From contig CAWHTE010000007.1 of the NCBI GenBank assembly GCA_963832165.1, positions 864,001 to 928,000 on the forward strand: a stretch of DNA of 64,000 nt, read 5' to 3'. The notes beneath the pieces are model-generated. The model saw only the letters and a list, made by a program, of their open reading frames with translations. It did no database searches and had not been told where the DNA came from. The stretch comes from an uncultured delta proteobacterium. GTDB lineage: Bacteria > Myxococcota_A > UBA9160 > SMWR01. The position numbers and the translations under genes are program-made. Shown here in pieces: positions 50,265-58,519 of this stretch; position 1 is the first letter of the stretch, and each line of letters opens with the position of its first letter.

Positions 50265-51044
50265 TCAGGCAAGGAACGCGAGCACCGCCTCGGACAATGC
50301 CTCCGGCGCGTCGAGCTCCGCCATGTGGCCCGCGCCCGGAAGCTGGCGGACCTCGGCGGGGGCGCCGAGCGCGTCGGCGAAGCGCTTGGCATAGCTCGGC
50401 GGCACGAGCCGATCTTCGGCGCCCCAGACGACGAGCGTGGGCGCGGTGATCCGGTGCAGGCGCTTGGCGAGGCCCGTGTCGGTGAGCGGCCAGAGCAGGC
50501 GCGCGACCGCCTCCTGCGCGCGCGCGGTCTCGATCTCCCACTCGACGGGATCGGCTCCGTCGGGCAGCGCGAGGAATGCTTCATAGCGGTCGGGGTGCGT
50601 CGAGAGCAGCGGCGGAATCGCCGAGAGGCGCTGTGCGAACAGATCGGCGGGCGGCTCGCCGACGTCGAACAGGCCCAGCGGCGCGATCAGCACGAGGCGC
50701 CGAACGCTCGCGCGCGAGAAGGCGGCGACCTCGGCCGCGAGCGTCGCGCCTACCGACGCACCGACGAGATCGACCGGCCCCGGCGCGCACGCGTCGAGCA
50801 GGTCGAGCGCCGCGATCACCCAGTCCGCGAGTCCGTCGAGCGCACGGTGCCCATCTGCACCCGGAAAGCCCGGCAGCGACGGCGCGATCACGCGCCGCGT
50901 GCGCGCGAGCTCGTCGAGGAATGCGGGCCAGCGCGGGAGCCCGCGCAGGCCGCCCAGGAACACGAGGGGCTCACCGTCGCCGCGTTCCCAGACGCGCGCC
51001 TCGATGCCGCGCGGAAGCGAGACGCGCCTTTCGCGCACGCTCAC
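50265..51044 (-). CDS. Alpha/beta fold hydrolase
   Basis: PSLPGF, GASVG nucleophile elbow, WGAEDRLV, GAGH. Confidence 0.9.
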   Translation of the reverse strand: MSVRERRVSLPRGIEARVWERGDGEPLVFLGGLRGLPRWPAFLDELARTRRVIAPSLPGFPGADGHRALDGLADWVIAALDLLDACAPGPVDLVGASVGATLAAEVAAFSRASVRRLVLIAPLGLFDVGEPPADLFAQRLSAIPPLLSTHPDRYEAFLALPDGADPVEWEIETARAQEAVARLLWPLTDTGLAKRLHRITAPTLVVWGAEDRLVPPSYAKRFADALGAPAEVRQLPGAGHMAELDAPEALSEAVLAFLA

Positions 51045-52294
51045 GGGCGCAGCTCGCGCGGCCGCGCGCGGTCGGCCGTGGCGACGGGCCGCGGCCACCA
51101 GCGGTTCTCCCACTCGTCGTCGAAGAGCCCCGCGAGCTGCGGCATCACGCGCTTCGCGAACAGCTCGGTGTTGTACGTCGTGAGCTCGCGACTCATGTTG
51201 CCGAACTGCATCAAGAGCATCAGGTGCCCGACATTGAGCTCCGTGGCCACTTCGCGCAGCTGCTCGGCCACCTCGTCGGGGCTGCCGATGATCACGAAGC
51301 CCTGCGAGACGATGTCTTCCATGCGCGGCCCGCCGCCGCGCGCGCCGCTCTCGCGCGACTGCGCGGCCGCGCGTGCCACCTGCGACTGCACGCGTGCGCG
51401 CAGCGACGCCTCGCTCATGTAGCCGGGCGCGGTCGCGAAGCGCGGGTCGACGTGCAGGCACCGCCCGTAGAAATACTCGGCGGGCTCGCGGTAGAGCTCG
51501 AGCGCCTCTTCGCGCGACTCCGCGACACCGACGAACTGGAGGAATCCGCCGCGATACGGATTGGGCTCGACGCCGAGTCGCGCGAGCTCGTTCCAATACC
51601 CCTTCATCGTGGCGCGCCCGAGCTTGTAGCCGAAGTACGAGAGGTAGGAGTAGACGTAGTCGCGCTCGGCACACCAGTGCCAGGTCTCGATCGAGCCGCC
51701 GCCGGGGATCCACACGGGCGGGTGAGGCTTCTGCACCGGACGCGGCCATACGTTCACGTAGCGCAGCTGGTTGTAGCGCCCGTTCCACGTGAACGGCTCT
51801 TCCGCCTGCCACGCGCGCAGGATCAGGTCGTGCGCCTCGAAATAGCGATCGCGCAGCTGGCTCGGATTCTGGCCGTACGCATAACAGGTGTCCATCGGCG
51901 TTCCGACCGGGAAGCCCGCAACGAGCCGGCCGCCCGAAATGCAGTCGAGCATCGCCATCTCTTCGGCGACGCGAATGGGCGGGTTGTAGAGCGCGAGCGA
52001 GTTGCCCATCACCACGAGTGCAGCGTCGCGCGTGCGACGCGCGAGACCCGCCGCGATGAGGTTCGGCGAGGGCATGAGTCCGTAGCCGTTCTGATGGTGC
52101 TCGTTCACGCAGATGCCGTCGAAGCCGATCTCGGCCGCGTGCTCGAGCTCGTCCATGAACTCGTTGTAGAGCGCGTGGGCGAAGCGCGCGTCGAACAGCG
52201 CCGGGTCGATGTCGACCCACACCGAGGCGTGTTGCTGCGCGAAGTCTTCGGGCAGTCGCGTGTAGGGCATCAGGTGGAACCACAGGATTTTCAT
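51041..52294 (-). CDS. LLM-class flavin-dependent oxidoreductase
   Basis: GFDGICVNEHH, PIRVAEEMAMLDCISGGRL, PRPVQKPHPPVW, GSPDEV. Confidence 0.93.
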   Translation of the reverse strand: MKILWFHLMPYTRLPEDFAQQHASVWVDIDPALFDARFAHALYNEFMDELEHAAEIGFDGICVNEHHQNGYGLMPSPNLIAAGLARRTRDAALVVMGNSLALYNPPIRVAEEMAMLDCISGGRLVAGFPVGTPMDTCYAYGQNPSQLRDRYFEAHDLILRAWQAEEPFTWNGRYNQLRYVNVWPRPVQKPHPPVWIPGGGSIETWHWCAERDYVYSYLSYFGYKLGRATMKGYWNELARLGVEPNPYRGGFLQFVGVAESREEALELYREPAEYFYGRCLHVDPRFATAPGYMSEASLRARVQSQVARAAAQSRESGARGGGPRMEDIVSQGFVIIGSPDEVAEQLREVATELNVGHLMLLMQFGNMSRELTTYNTELFAKRVMPQLAGLFDDEWENRWWPRPVATADRARPRELRP

Positions 52295-52332
52295 TGCCAC
52301 CCTCCCGCGGCTGATGAATCATCGCGGCGCCG

Positions 52333-52791
52333 ATGCGAAGATTCCTTCACGCACTCCTCTTCACGGCAGCGCTCGCCGCCGCGTGCGGCAATGGTACTCC
52401 GCCCGCGATTCCGGGTGCGCAGCTGCCCGTCGACTGGCTCACCGTAGATGGCCACCGGATCACCGTCGAGGTCGCTCGCCGCCCCGCCGAGCGCAGCCAC
52501 GGCCTGATGTTCCGCGAGAGCCTGCCGCCCGATCACGGCATGCTCTTCCTGTTCGAGAGAGACGAGGTCCAGACGTTCTGGATGCGCAATACCGTGATTC
52601 CGCTCTCGATCGCGTACGCGGATGCGGACGGGCGCATCCTGCGCATCGCCGACCTCGAGCCGCGCGACGAGCGAGTCGTCACGAGCATCGCCCCGGTTCG
52701 CTATGCGCTCGAGATGAATCGCGGCTGGTTTGCCGCGCACGACGTGGTACCGGGCGACTCGATCACGGGAATCCCGAAGGGAATCCCGTAG
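52333..52791 (+). CDS. DUF192 family lipoprotein
   Basis: Lipobox-like AAAC, GLMFR, GMLFLF, FWMRNTVIPLSI, ALEMNRG. Confidence 0.92.
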   Translation: MRRFLHALLFTAALAAACGNGTPPAIPGAQLPVDWLTVDGHRITVEVARRPAERSHGLMFRESLPPDHGMLFLFERDEVQTFWMRNTVIPLSIAYADADGRILRIADLEPRDERVVTSIAPVRYALEMNRGWFAAHDVVPGDSITGIPKGIP

Positions 52792-52886
52792 GGCGGGAAA
52801 GCGAGCGAAGCGAGCGCATCCCGCCATCAGATGAAACGCGACGAGCTGCCGAAGGCGGGATCCGCCTTCGGCTCCTCCCGCCCTAC
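52788..52886. repeat. Inverted pair of REP-like palindromes providing both flanking stop codons
   Basis: Plus variant 52788-52825 and minus copy 52854-52886 (identical to 7519-7551); the TAG of each GTAG is the stop of the adjacent gene. Confidence 0.88.
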
Positions 52887-53185
52887 AGGATCACCTCGAA
52901 GCCCTCGAAGCGCGGATGTCCGAGATAGGTGCCCGCGGGCGCGCGCGCCTGCTGGTGCGCCTTGCGGAAGCTCTCCGACTCGGTCCACGCCTCGAACGCC
53001 TCGCGCGATTCCCAGATCGTATGCGAGGCGTAGAGCGTGGACTCTGCGTCGCTGGGCCCGCGCAGCAGATGGAACTCGCGGAAGCCCGGCACGTCGTCGA
53101 GATACGAGTCGCGCTCGCGCCAGAGCTTCTCGAAAGTCTCCTCGGCGCCGGGCGCGATGCTGAAGCGATTCATGGCGATGAACAC
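52883..53185 (-). CDS. Antibiotic biosynthesis monooxygenase (ABM/IsdG-like) protein
   Basis: FIAMNRF, VPGFREFHLL, WESREAFEAWTESESFRKAH; AGGAG SD. Confidence 0.9.
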   Translation of the reverse strand: MFIAMNRFSIAPGAEETFEKLWRERDSYLDDVPGFREFHLLRGPSDAESTLYASHTIWESREAFEAWTESESFRKAHQQARAPAGTYLGHPRFEGFEVIL

Positions 53186-53225
53186 GTGCGATCTCCTCGG
53201 TCGGCTCGCTCGCAGGCTACCGCGC

Positions 53226-53558
53226 CTAGAACCAGCCCGCCCAGCGCGCCACGGCGGCCGCCGCGGCCGAGAGCAACCAGAAGCTCGCGATGCAGCCGAG
53301 CAACAGGCGCGATCTGCCGCGGCGCTGGTTGCGGATCACCGCGTCGGAGCTGATCCAGAGCATGACGAGCACCGCGGCGATCGAGAACGGATTGCGCTCG
53401 AGTGCCATCAGCAGCGCCGACGCGCCGAGCACGACGAAGATCGCGCCGACCGTGACGAGCACGGGCCACAGCGTCGAGTCGCGGAAGTAGGGCGCGAGCC
53501 AGAACTCCGCGCCGTGCGGCTCGTCGCGTTCGGGACGCGCCGGATCGCGATCAGACAT
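53226..53558 (-). CDS. Small hypothetical membrane protein (about three TM segments)
   Basis: MSDRDPARPE...LWPVLVTVGAIFVVLGASALL...; fills the gap between ABM and HD genes; TAGCAT 7 nt upstream of ATG. Confidence 0.7.
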   Translation of the reverse strand: MSDRDPARPERDEPHGAEFWLAPYFRDSTLWPVLVTVGAIFVVLGASALLMALERNPFSIAAVLVMLWISSDAVIRNQRRGRSRLLLGCIASFWLLSAAAAAVARWAGWF

Positions 53559-53600
53559 CGAGGGGATGCTAGCCTGGGACCGCTCTCTGGAGGCACCGCC

Positions 53601-54188
53601 ATGGCCGACACCACCTTCACCCGCATGCAGGACGCCACGCGCGAGGACTACCAGGTCATCGGCCGGCACAGCCTCGAGTTCTTCACGGGACTTCCGGATC
53701 GCTTGCTGCGCCACCTCGAGCTGCTCGACTCCGACACGGGCGGCTATGCCGTCACGCGGCTCACCCACAGTCTCCAGACCGCTACGCGCGCCGAGCGCGA
53801 CGGGCGCGACGAGGAGTACGTGGTCTGCGCGCTGCTGCACGACATCGGCGACACGCTCGCGAGCGCCAACCACTCCGAGCTCGCGGCGACGATCCTGCAG
53901 CCGTTCGTCTCGGAAGAGAATCACTGGATCGTGAAGCACCACGGCGTGTTCCAGGGCTACTACTTCTTCCACCACTTCGGCCTCGACCGCGATGCGCGCG
54001 AGGCGCACCGGGGTCACCCGTGGTTCGGCGAGTGCGCGGCGTTCTGCGCGCTCTACGACCAGAACAGCTTCGATCCCGAATTCGAGACGCTGCCGCTCGC
54101 GCACTTCGAGCCGATGGTGCGCAAGGTGTTCGCAGCCCCGAAGCAATCGATCTACGTAAACCCCTCGACCGGCCGGATGGGCCCGTAG
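53601..54188 (+). CDS. HD-domain metalloprotein (phosphohydrolase / PhnZ-like)
   Basis: HSLQTATRA, LLHDIGD, NHSE, HHGVFQ, YDQNSFDP; GGAGG SD. Confidence 0.88.
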   Translation: MADTTFTRMQDATREDYQVIGRHSLEFFTGLPDRLLRHLELLDSDTGGYAVTRLTHSLQTATRAERDGRDEEYVVCALLHDIGDTLASANHSELAATILQPFVSEENHWIVKHHGVFQGYYFFHHFGLDRDAREAHRGHPWFGECAAFCALYDQNSFDPEFETLPLAHFEPMVRKVFAAPKQSIYVNPSTGRMGP

Positions 54189-54351
54189 TCGCGGGGTTGG
54201 CCCGATCGTCCGACCCGCCGGTATGCGGACGTATTTCGATCGGGTGAAGGAGCATCCGGCCAATGGACAGGCCAGCGACCCGGCCGTTCGGGACGGGACC
54301 TCCGCTATTCTTACGTCCGCCGGGGTTCAGGAACGGCTGGAGTCCAGATAG

Positions 54352-54993
54352 TTGGCGACTACGCATCAGAAAGTCGAGCAGGGCGCGCGCAGCCGCGAGG
54401 CGCTGCTCGATGCCGCGATCGAGCTGATCTCGGAAGGCGGTTACACGGCCACGGGAGTCGACGCGATCGCGCGCCGGTCCGGCGTCGTGAAGAGCGCGCT
54501 CTACTGGCACTTCGGGAGCAAAGACGGCCTTCTGGTGGCCGCCCTCGAGCGCACCGCGCGCGAATGGGTCGCCGAATTCGAGGCGTCGGTGGTGCTCAAC
54601 GCCGCGCCAGAGCAGCGGCTCGAGAACCTGCTGAACCACGTGCGCACCCTGTTCTACGACCGCCCGGACCGGCTCCGGCTGCTGCTCTCGGCGCTGATCG
54701 AGCGCGGCCCCGACAACGAAGAGGTGCGCGAAGGCGTCGAGCGGATCATGGGCGTGTTGCGCGACGCGATCGCGGGCGGGATGAGTTTCCTGCCGATCCC
54801 GCAGGAACGCGTGCACGGTATCGCGACGCTTGCGTTCGAGACGCTCACGGGCGCGTTCTTCGACTACCTCTCGAACCCCAAACGCGAGATCTTCGAGCAG
54901 CGGCTCAAGGTGATCCGCAAGATGCTCGCGCTGTTCGTCGAGTACGAGATCAAGCACGCGAACCTGAACGACCGGTTCCGAGCTTCTTCTTGA
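54352..54993 (+). CDS. TetR/AcrR family regulator
   Basis: GYTATGVDAIARRSGVVKSALYWHFGSKDGLL. Confidence 0.9.
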   Translation: MATTHQKVEQGARSREALLDAAIELISEGGYTATGVDAIARRSGVVKSALYWHFGSKDGLLVAALERTAREWVAEFEASVVLNAAPEQRLENLLNHVRTLFYDRPDRLRLLLSALIERGPDNEEVREGVERIMGVLRDAIAGGMSFLPIPQERVHGIATLAFETLTGAFFDYLSNPKREIFEQRLKVIRKMLALFVEYEIKHANLNDRFRASS

Positions 54994-55145
54994 CACTTGC
55001 GCGCTGCGCCTGATAGAAGCGCCAGCGAACCGATCGGTACGCTCACCGAGGGCTTCCCTCGGGGGGCACTCGAAGCGCGCCTTCGGTTTCCACGCACATG
55101 CTCGATCGGCTGCTGAGCCGGTTCTTCTCGGCGAAGGGGAACGGG

Positions 55146-58100
55146 ATGGCGCTCGCTCGCTTTCTGGTGTCGCGCTGCTGGATCTTCGGTCTAGCCCTCA
55201 CTGCAACTAACGCCTCCGCGCAGCAGTCCCCGCTCGTCGAACCGCCCGGCGCGAACGACTACCGCGGGACGGGCGGTGTCTACAACATCCTCCCGGCGGG
55301 GCAGAAGGGCGTCTTCAGCCTGCTCGAGGAGGTGCAGATGGCGACGGTCTGCGATCCCCTCGGCCTGATCCGGCCGTGCTCGCGCAACGAGGCCGACTAT
55401 CCCGCGTACACGATCGACCAGCTGCTCATGTACGACGGGCTCCTGCGAGGCGCGCCCACACTCACCCCCGCGACGATCACCGACTACTTCAAGGACGCCA
55501 CGTTCGGCGTGCCCGCGGACAAGATCGCGCGCGAATACTCGCCGGGTGGACTCGCGGGCGTCGTGGTGATTCGCGACGTCGACTTCAACGTGCCGCGCAT
55601 CTACGCGAACAGCCGCAACGATGCGATCTTCGCCACCGGCTATGTCTCCGCCGAAGACCGGCTCTTCCTCATGGATGTACTGCGCCACGTCGGTCGCGGC
55701 CGGATGTCCGAGTTCCTCGGGCCGAGCCCGAGCAATCTCGCGATGGATCGCGATACCTATCGCGTCACGGGCTACACGGAAGCCGAGCTGCAGCAGATGG
55801 TCGACAACCTCGACGACCAGTACGGCACCTACGGCGCGCTCACGCAGCAGGGATTCCAGGATTTTGCCGACGGCGTCAATCAGTACATCGCGGAAGCGCT
55901 GCTCGACCCGAGCAAGCTCCCCGGCGACTATGTGACGCTGCAGCAGGTGCCCCTGCCCTGGAAGCCCACCGACACCGTTGCGATAGCGAGCTTGATTACG
56001 GGCATCTTCGGTGTGGGCGGCGGCGGCGAGCTCGGCAACTGCAAGTTCCTGCAGGAGCTCCAGACCCGCTACGGCAACGCTGTGGTTGCGCGTCAGGTGT
56101 TCGAGGACTTCCAGCAGGACGACGACCCCGAGAAGCCGCGCACCACCGACAACTCGTTCCCCTATCTCGTGCAGGGTCCCGTCGATCCCGCCGCGGTGGC
56201 GTGCCCCGATGCCGGCACTCTGCAGGCGGCGCTCCAGGGCGCGACGAGGATCGGTAACGGCTCGGTCGACGGTCCGGGCGGGCCGATCCCGTTGGCCGCG
56301 AAGTCGGCCGCGTCGAACGCTCTGCTCGTCGGTGCGTCGCGTTCTGCGACCGGGTACCCGATCGCCGTGTTCGGACCGCAGGTGAGCTACTTCTCGCCGG
56401 AGATCCTGACCGAGATCGAGGTGCACGCGCCCGGCGAGCCCGGCAATCCGCTCGCTCCCGCGATCGACGCGCGCGGCGCGGCGTTCCCGGGCATCAGCCT
56501 GCTCGTGCTGCTCGGGCGCGGCCGCGACTTCTCGTGGAGCGCGACGAGCGCCGGCAGCGATCTCGTCGACGTCGTCGCGGCGCCGCTGTGCGAGCCGGAC
56601 GGCTCCACGCCGACGGTCGCCTCGCGTCACTACCTCTACCTGGGCCAGTGCCTGCCGATGTATCAGCGCACGGACGTCTGGATCGCGAAGCCCGGTGCCG
56701 GCGGCATTCCCGCGTTTCCGCCCGCGCTGCCGACGCCTCAGATTCCGCCGCTCACGCCGGATCTCCTGAGCGATCCGCTGTTCATCCTCGGCCCGCCCGA
56801 TCTGCTCACGGGCAACATCCTGGTCACCGCGAAGGTGCTGCGCACGTCGCACGGCCCCGTGCAGTCGTTTGCGACCGTGAACGGGCAGCCGGTGGCCTAC
56901 GTGCGCCAGCGCTCCACGTGGTTCCACGAGCCCGACGCGGCGCCGTCCTTCCTCAAGATGAACAGCCCCGATCTCGTGACCGACGCCGCGAGCTTCCAGC
57001 AGGCGATGGGTACGATCGCGAACTCGACGTTCAATTGGTTCTACGTCGACAGCAAGAACATCGCGTTCGAGGTATCGGGCAACTATCCGATCCGGGCCGC
57101 CGGCATCGACCACGATCTGCCCTACTTCGCGACCGGTCAGTGGGACTGGCAGAACTGGAACCCGGCGACATTGACCGCCGACCGCATGTCGCAGCCGCAG
57201 CTCCCGAAGGACATCGACCCCGCGAAGGGCTACATGACCTCGTGGAACAACGCGCAGGCGCCGGGCTGGAACGCCGCGGACGCGAACCTCTCGTACGGAT
57301 CGCTGCACCGCAGCCAGCCGCTCGACGATCGGATCCTCGCGGATTCGTCGATCACGCAGACCGAGCTCGTGCAGTACATGGAGGACGCGGGCACCGTCGA
57401 CCTGCGCGGCGACAAGGTCGTGCCCGTGATCGCGCAGCTGCTAGGCGCGGCCACTGGCGATGCGAACGCCGATCTCGGGCTCTCGGTGCTCACGGCCTGG
57501 AAGGCCGCAGGCGCGCACCGGCGCGACCTCGACGGCAACGGCGTCTATGACCACGCCGCGGCCGTCGCGCTGATGGACCGCTGGTGGGTCCCGCTCACCG
57601 ACGCGGTGTTCGACACGCTCGGCCCCGCAGTTCGCGCGTCGATGCCGCTCGGTCGTCACGACGCCCCGGGACCGATGGGCTCCTCGTTCATCGAAGGCTG
57701 GTACGGGATCGTGCACAAGGATCTGCGCGGCGCGATCGCGGGCGCGCCGATCGCGCCGTTCTCGCGCGTCTACTGCGGCAACGGTGTGCTCGCAGACTGC
57801 AAGACCGCCGTGCGCAACAGCCTCGCCGCGGCAGTGGCATCGCTGGGCCCGAATCCCGCGACGTGGGATGCGAACGAGGCCGGCGACCGCATCCAGCTCG
57901 CCGCGGCGGGAACCGCCTCGGTCCCCGACATGGACTGGGTGAACCGACCGACGTTCCAGCAGGTGGTGGAGTACCGGCTCGACGCACAGAGCCCGGACAC
58001 TGACGGCGACGGCCGCAACGACGACAACGACAACTGTCCGTTCGTGGCGAACCCCGGCCAGCAGGACACGGGTGGACTCACGACTACGACTCCGGACGGG

Positions 58101-58364
58101 ATCGGCAACGCATGCCAGTGCGGCGACGTGACCGGGAACGGAATCGTGAACGGCCAGGACGCCGCCGTGATCAAGCGCCACGCGCTCCACCTGGAGCCGA
58201 ACCCGCTATTCGCGGTGCCCGGAAACTGCGACGTCACGGGCAACGGCCAGTGCAACGGCCAGGACTCCAACTCCGTGAAGCGCGCTGCGCTCGGGTCGCC
58301 GGGGCCCACGTTCGGCCAGAACTGCCACAACGCCACGGGTGATCCGCTGCCGCCGGGCCTCTGA
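55146..58364 (+). CDS. Secreted penicillin acylase family (Ntn hydrolase) with C-terminal TSP3 and dockerin-like repeats
   Basis: Signal peptide, VPRIY, GYVSAEDRLFLMD, autoproteolytic SNA (AASNALLVG), GPQV, HGPV, SWNN, NRPTFQQ; tail DTDGDG...DNCP and two DVTGNG.NGQD repeats. Alternative start 55098. Confidence 0.88.
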   Translation: MALARFLVSRCWIFGLALTATNASAQQSPLVEPPGANDYRGTGGVYNILPAGQKGVFSLLEEVQMATVCDPLGLIRPCSRNEADYPAYTIDQLLMYDGLLRGAPTLTPATITDYFKDATFGVPADKIAREYSPGGLAGVVVIRDVDFNVPRIYANSRNDAIFATGYVSAEDRLFLMDVLRHVGRGRMSEFLGPSPSNLAMDRDTYRVTGYTEAELQQMVDNLDDQYGTYGALTQQGFQDFADGVNQYIAEALLDPSKLPGDYVTLQQVPLPWKPTDTVAIASLITGIFGVGGGGELGNCKFLQELQTRYGNAVVARQVFEDFQQDDDPEKPRTTDNSFPYLVQGPVDPAAVACPDAGTLQAALQGATRIGNGSVDGPGGPIPLAAKSAASNALLVGASRSATGYPIAVFGPQVSYFSPEILTEIEVHAPGEPGNPLAPAIDARGAAFPGISLLVLLGRGRDFSWSATSAGSDLVDVVAAPLCEPDGSTPTVASRHYLYLGQCLPMYQRTDVWIAKPGAGGIPAFPPALPTPQIPPLTPDLLSDPLFILGPPDLLTGNILVTAKVLRTSHGPVQSFATVNGQPVAYVRQRSTWFHEPDAAPSFLKMNSPDLVTDAASFQQAMGTIANSTFNWFYVDSKNIAFEVSGNYPIRAAGIDHDLPYFATGQWDWQNWNPATLTADRMSQPQLPKDIDPAKGYMTSWNNAQAPGWNAADANLSYGSLHRSQPLDDRILADSSITQTELVQYMEDAGTVDLRGDKVVPVIAQLLGAATGDANADLGLSVLTAWKAAGAHRRDLDGNGVYDHAAAVALMDRWWVPLTDAVFDTLGPAVRASMPLGRHDAPGPMGSSFIEGWYGIVHKDLRGAIAGAPIAPFSRVYCGNGVLADCKTAVRNSLAAAVASLGPNPATWDANEAGDRIQLAAAGTASVPDMDWVNRPTFQQVVEYRLDAQSPDTDGDGRNDDNDNCPFVANPGQQDTGGLTTTTPDGIGNACQCGDVTGNGIVNGQDAAVIKRHALHLEPNPLFAVPGNCDVTGNGQCNGQDSNSVKRAALGSPGPTFGQNCHNATGDPLPPGL

Positions 58365-58519
58365 GCGGACTCGTTGATTCGATCGACGAACTAGTTCGCC
58401 CCGGAAACTCGCGCGGGCAAGTAGTTGCGCGGGCAGGAGGGCGAATTTCACCCCATAATTTTCAACCAACGGTTGTTAACTTCGGGCGATAATCATCGTC
58501 CCCTTAGGAGGATCCCCCC

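Noticed and set aside
7519..52886. 33-bp identical repeats as CRISPR repeats or IS ends
   Set aside because: Dispersed by tens of kb in mixed orientation, with no spacer periodicity and no transposase.
54195..54265. Nested inverted repeats between the HD and TetR genes
   Set aside because: Short GC-rich stems without a recognisable RNA family or U tract; likely chance.
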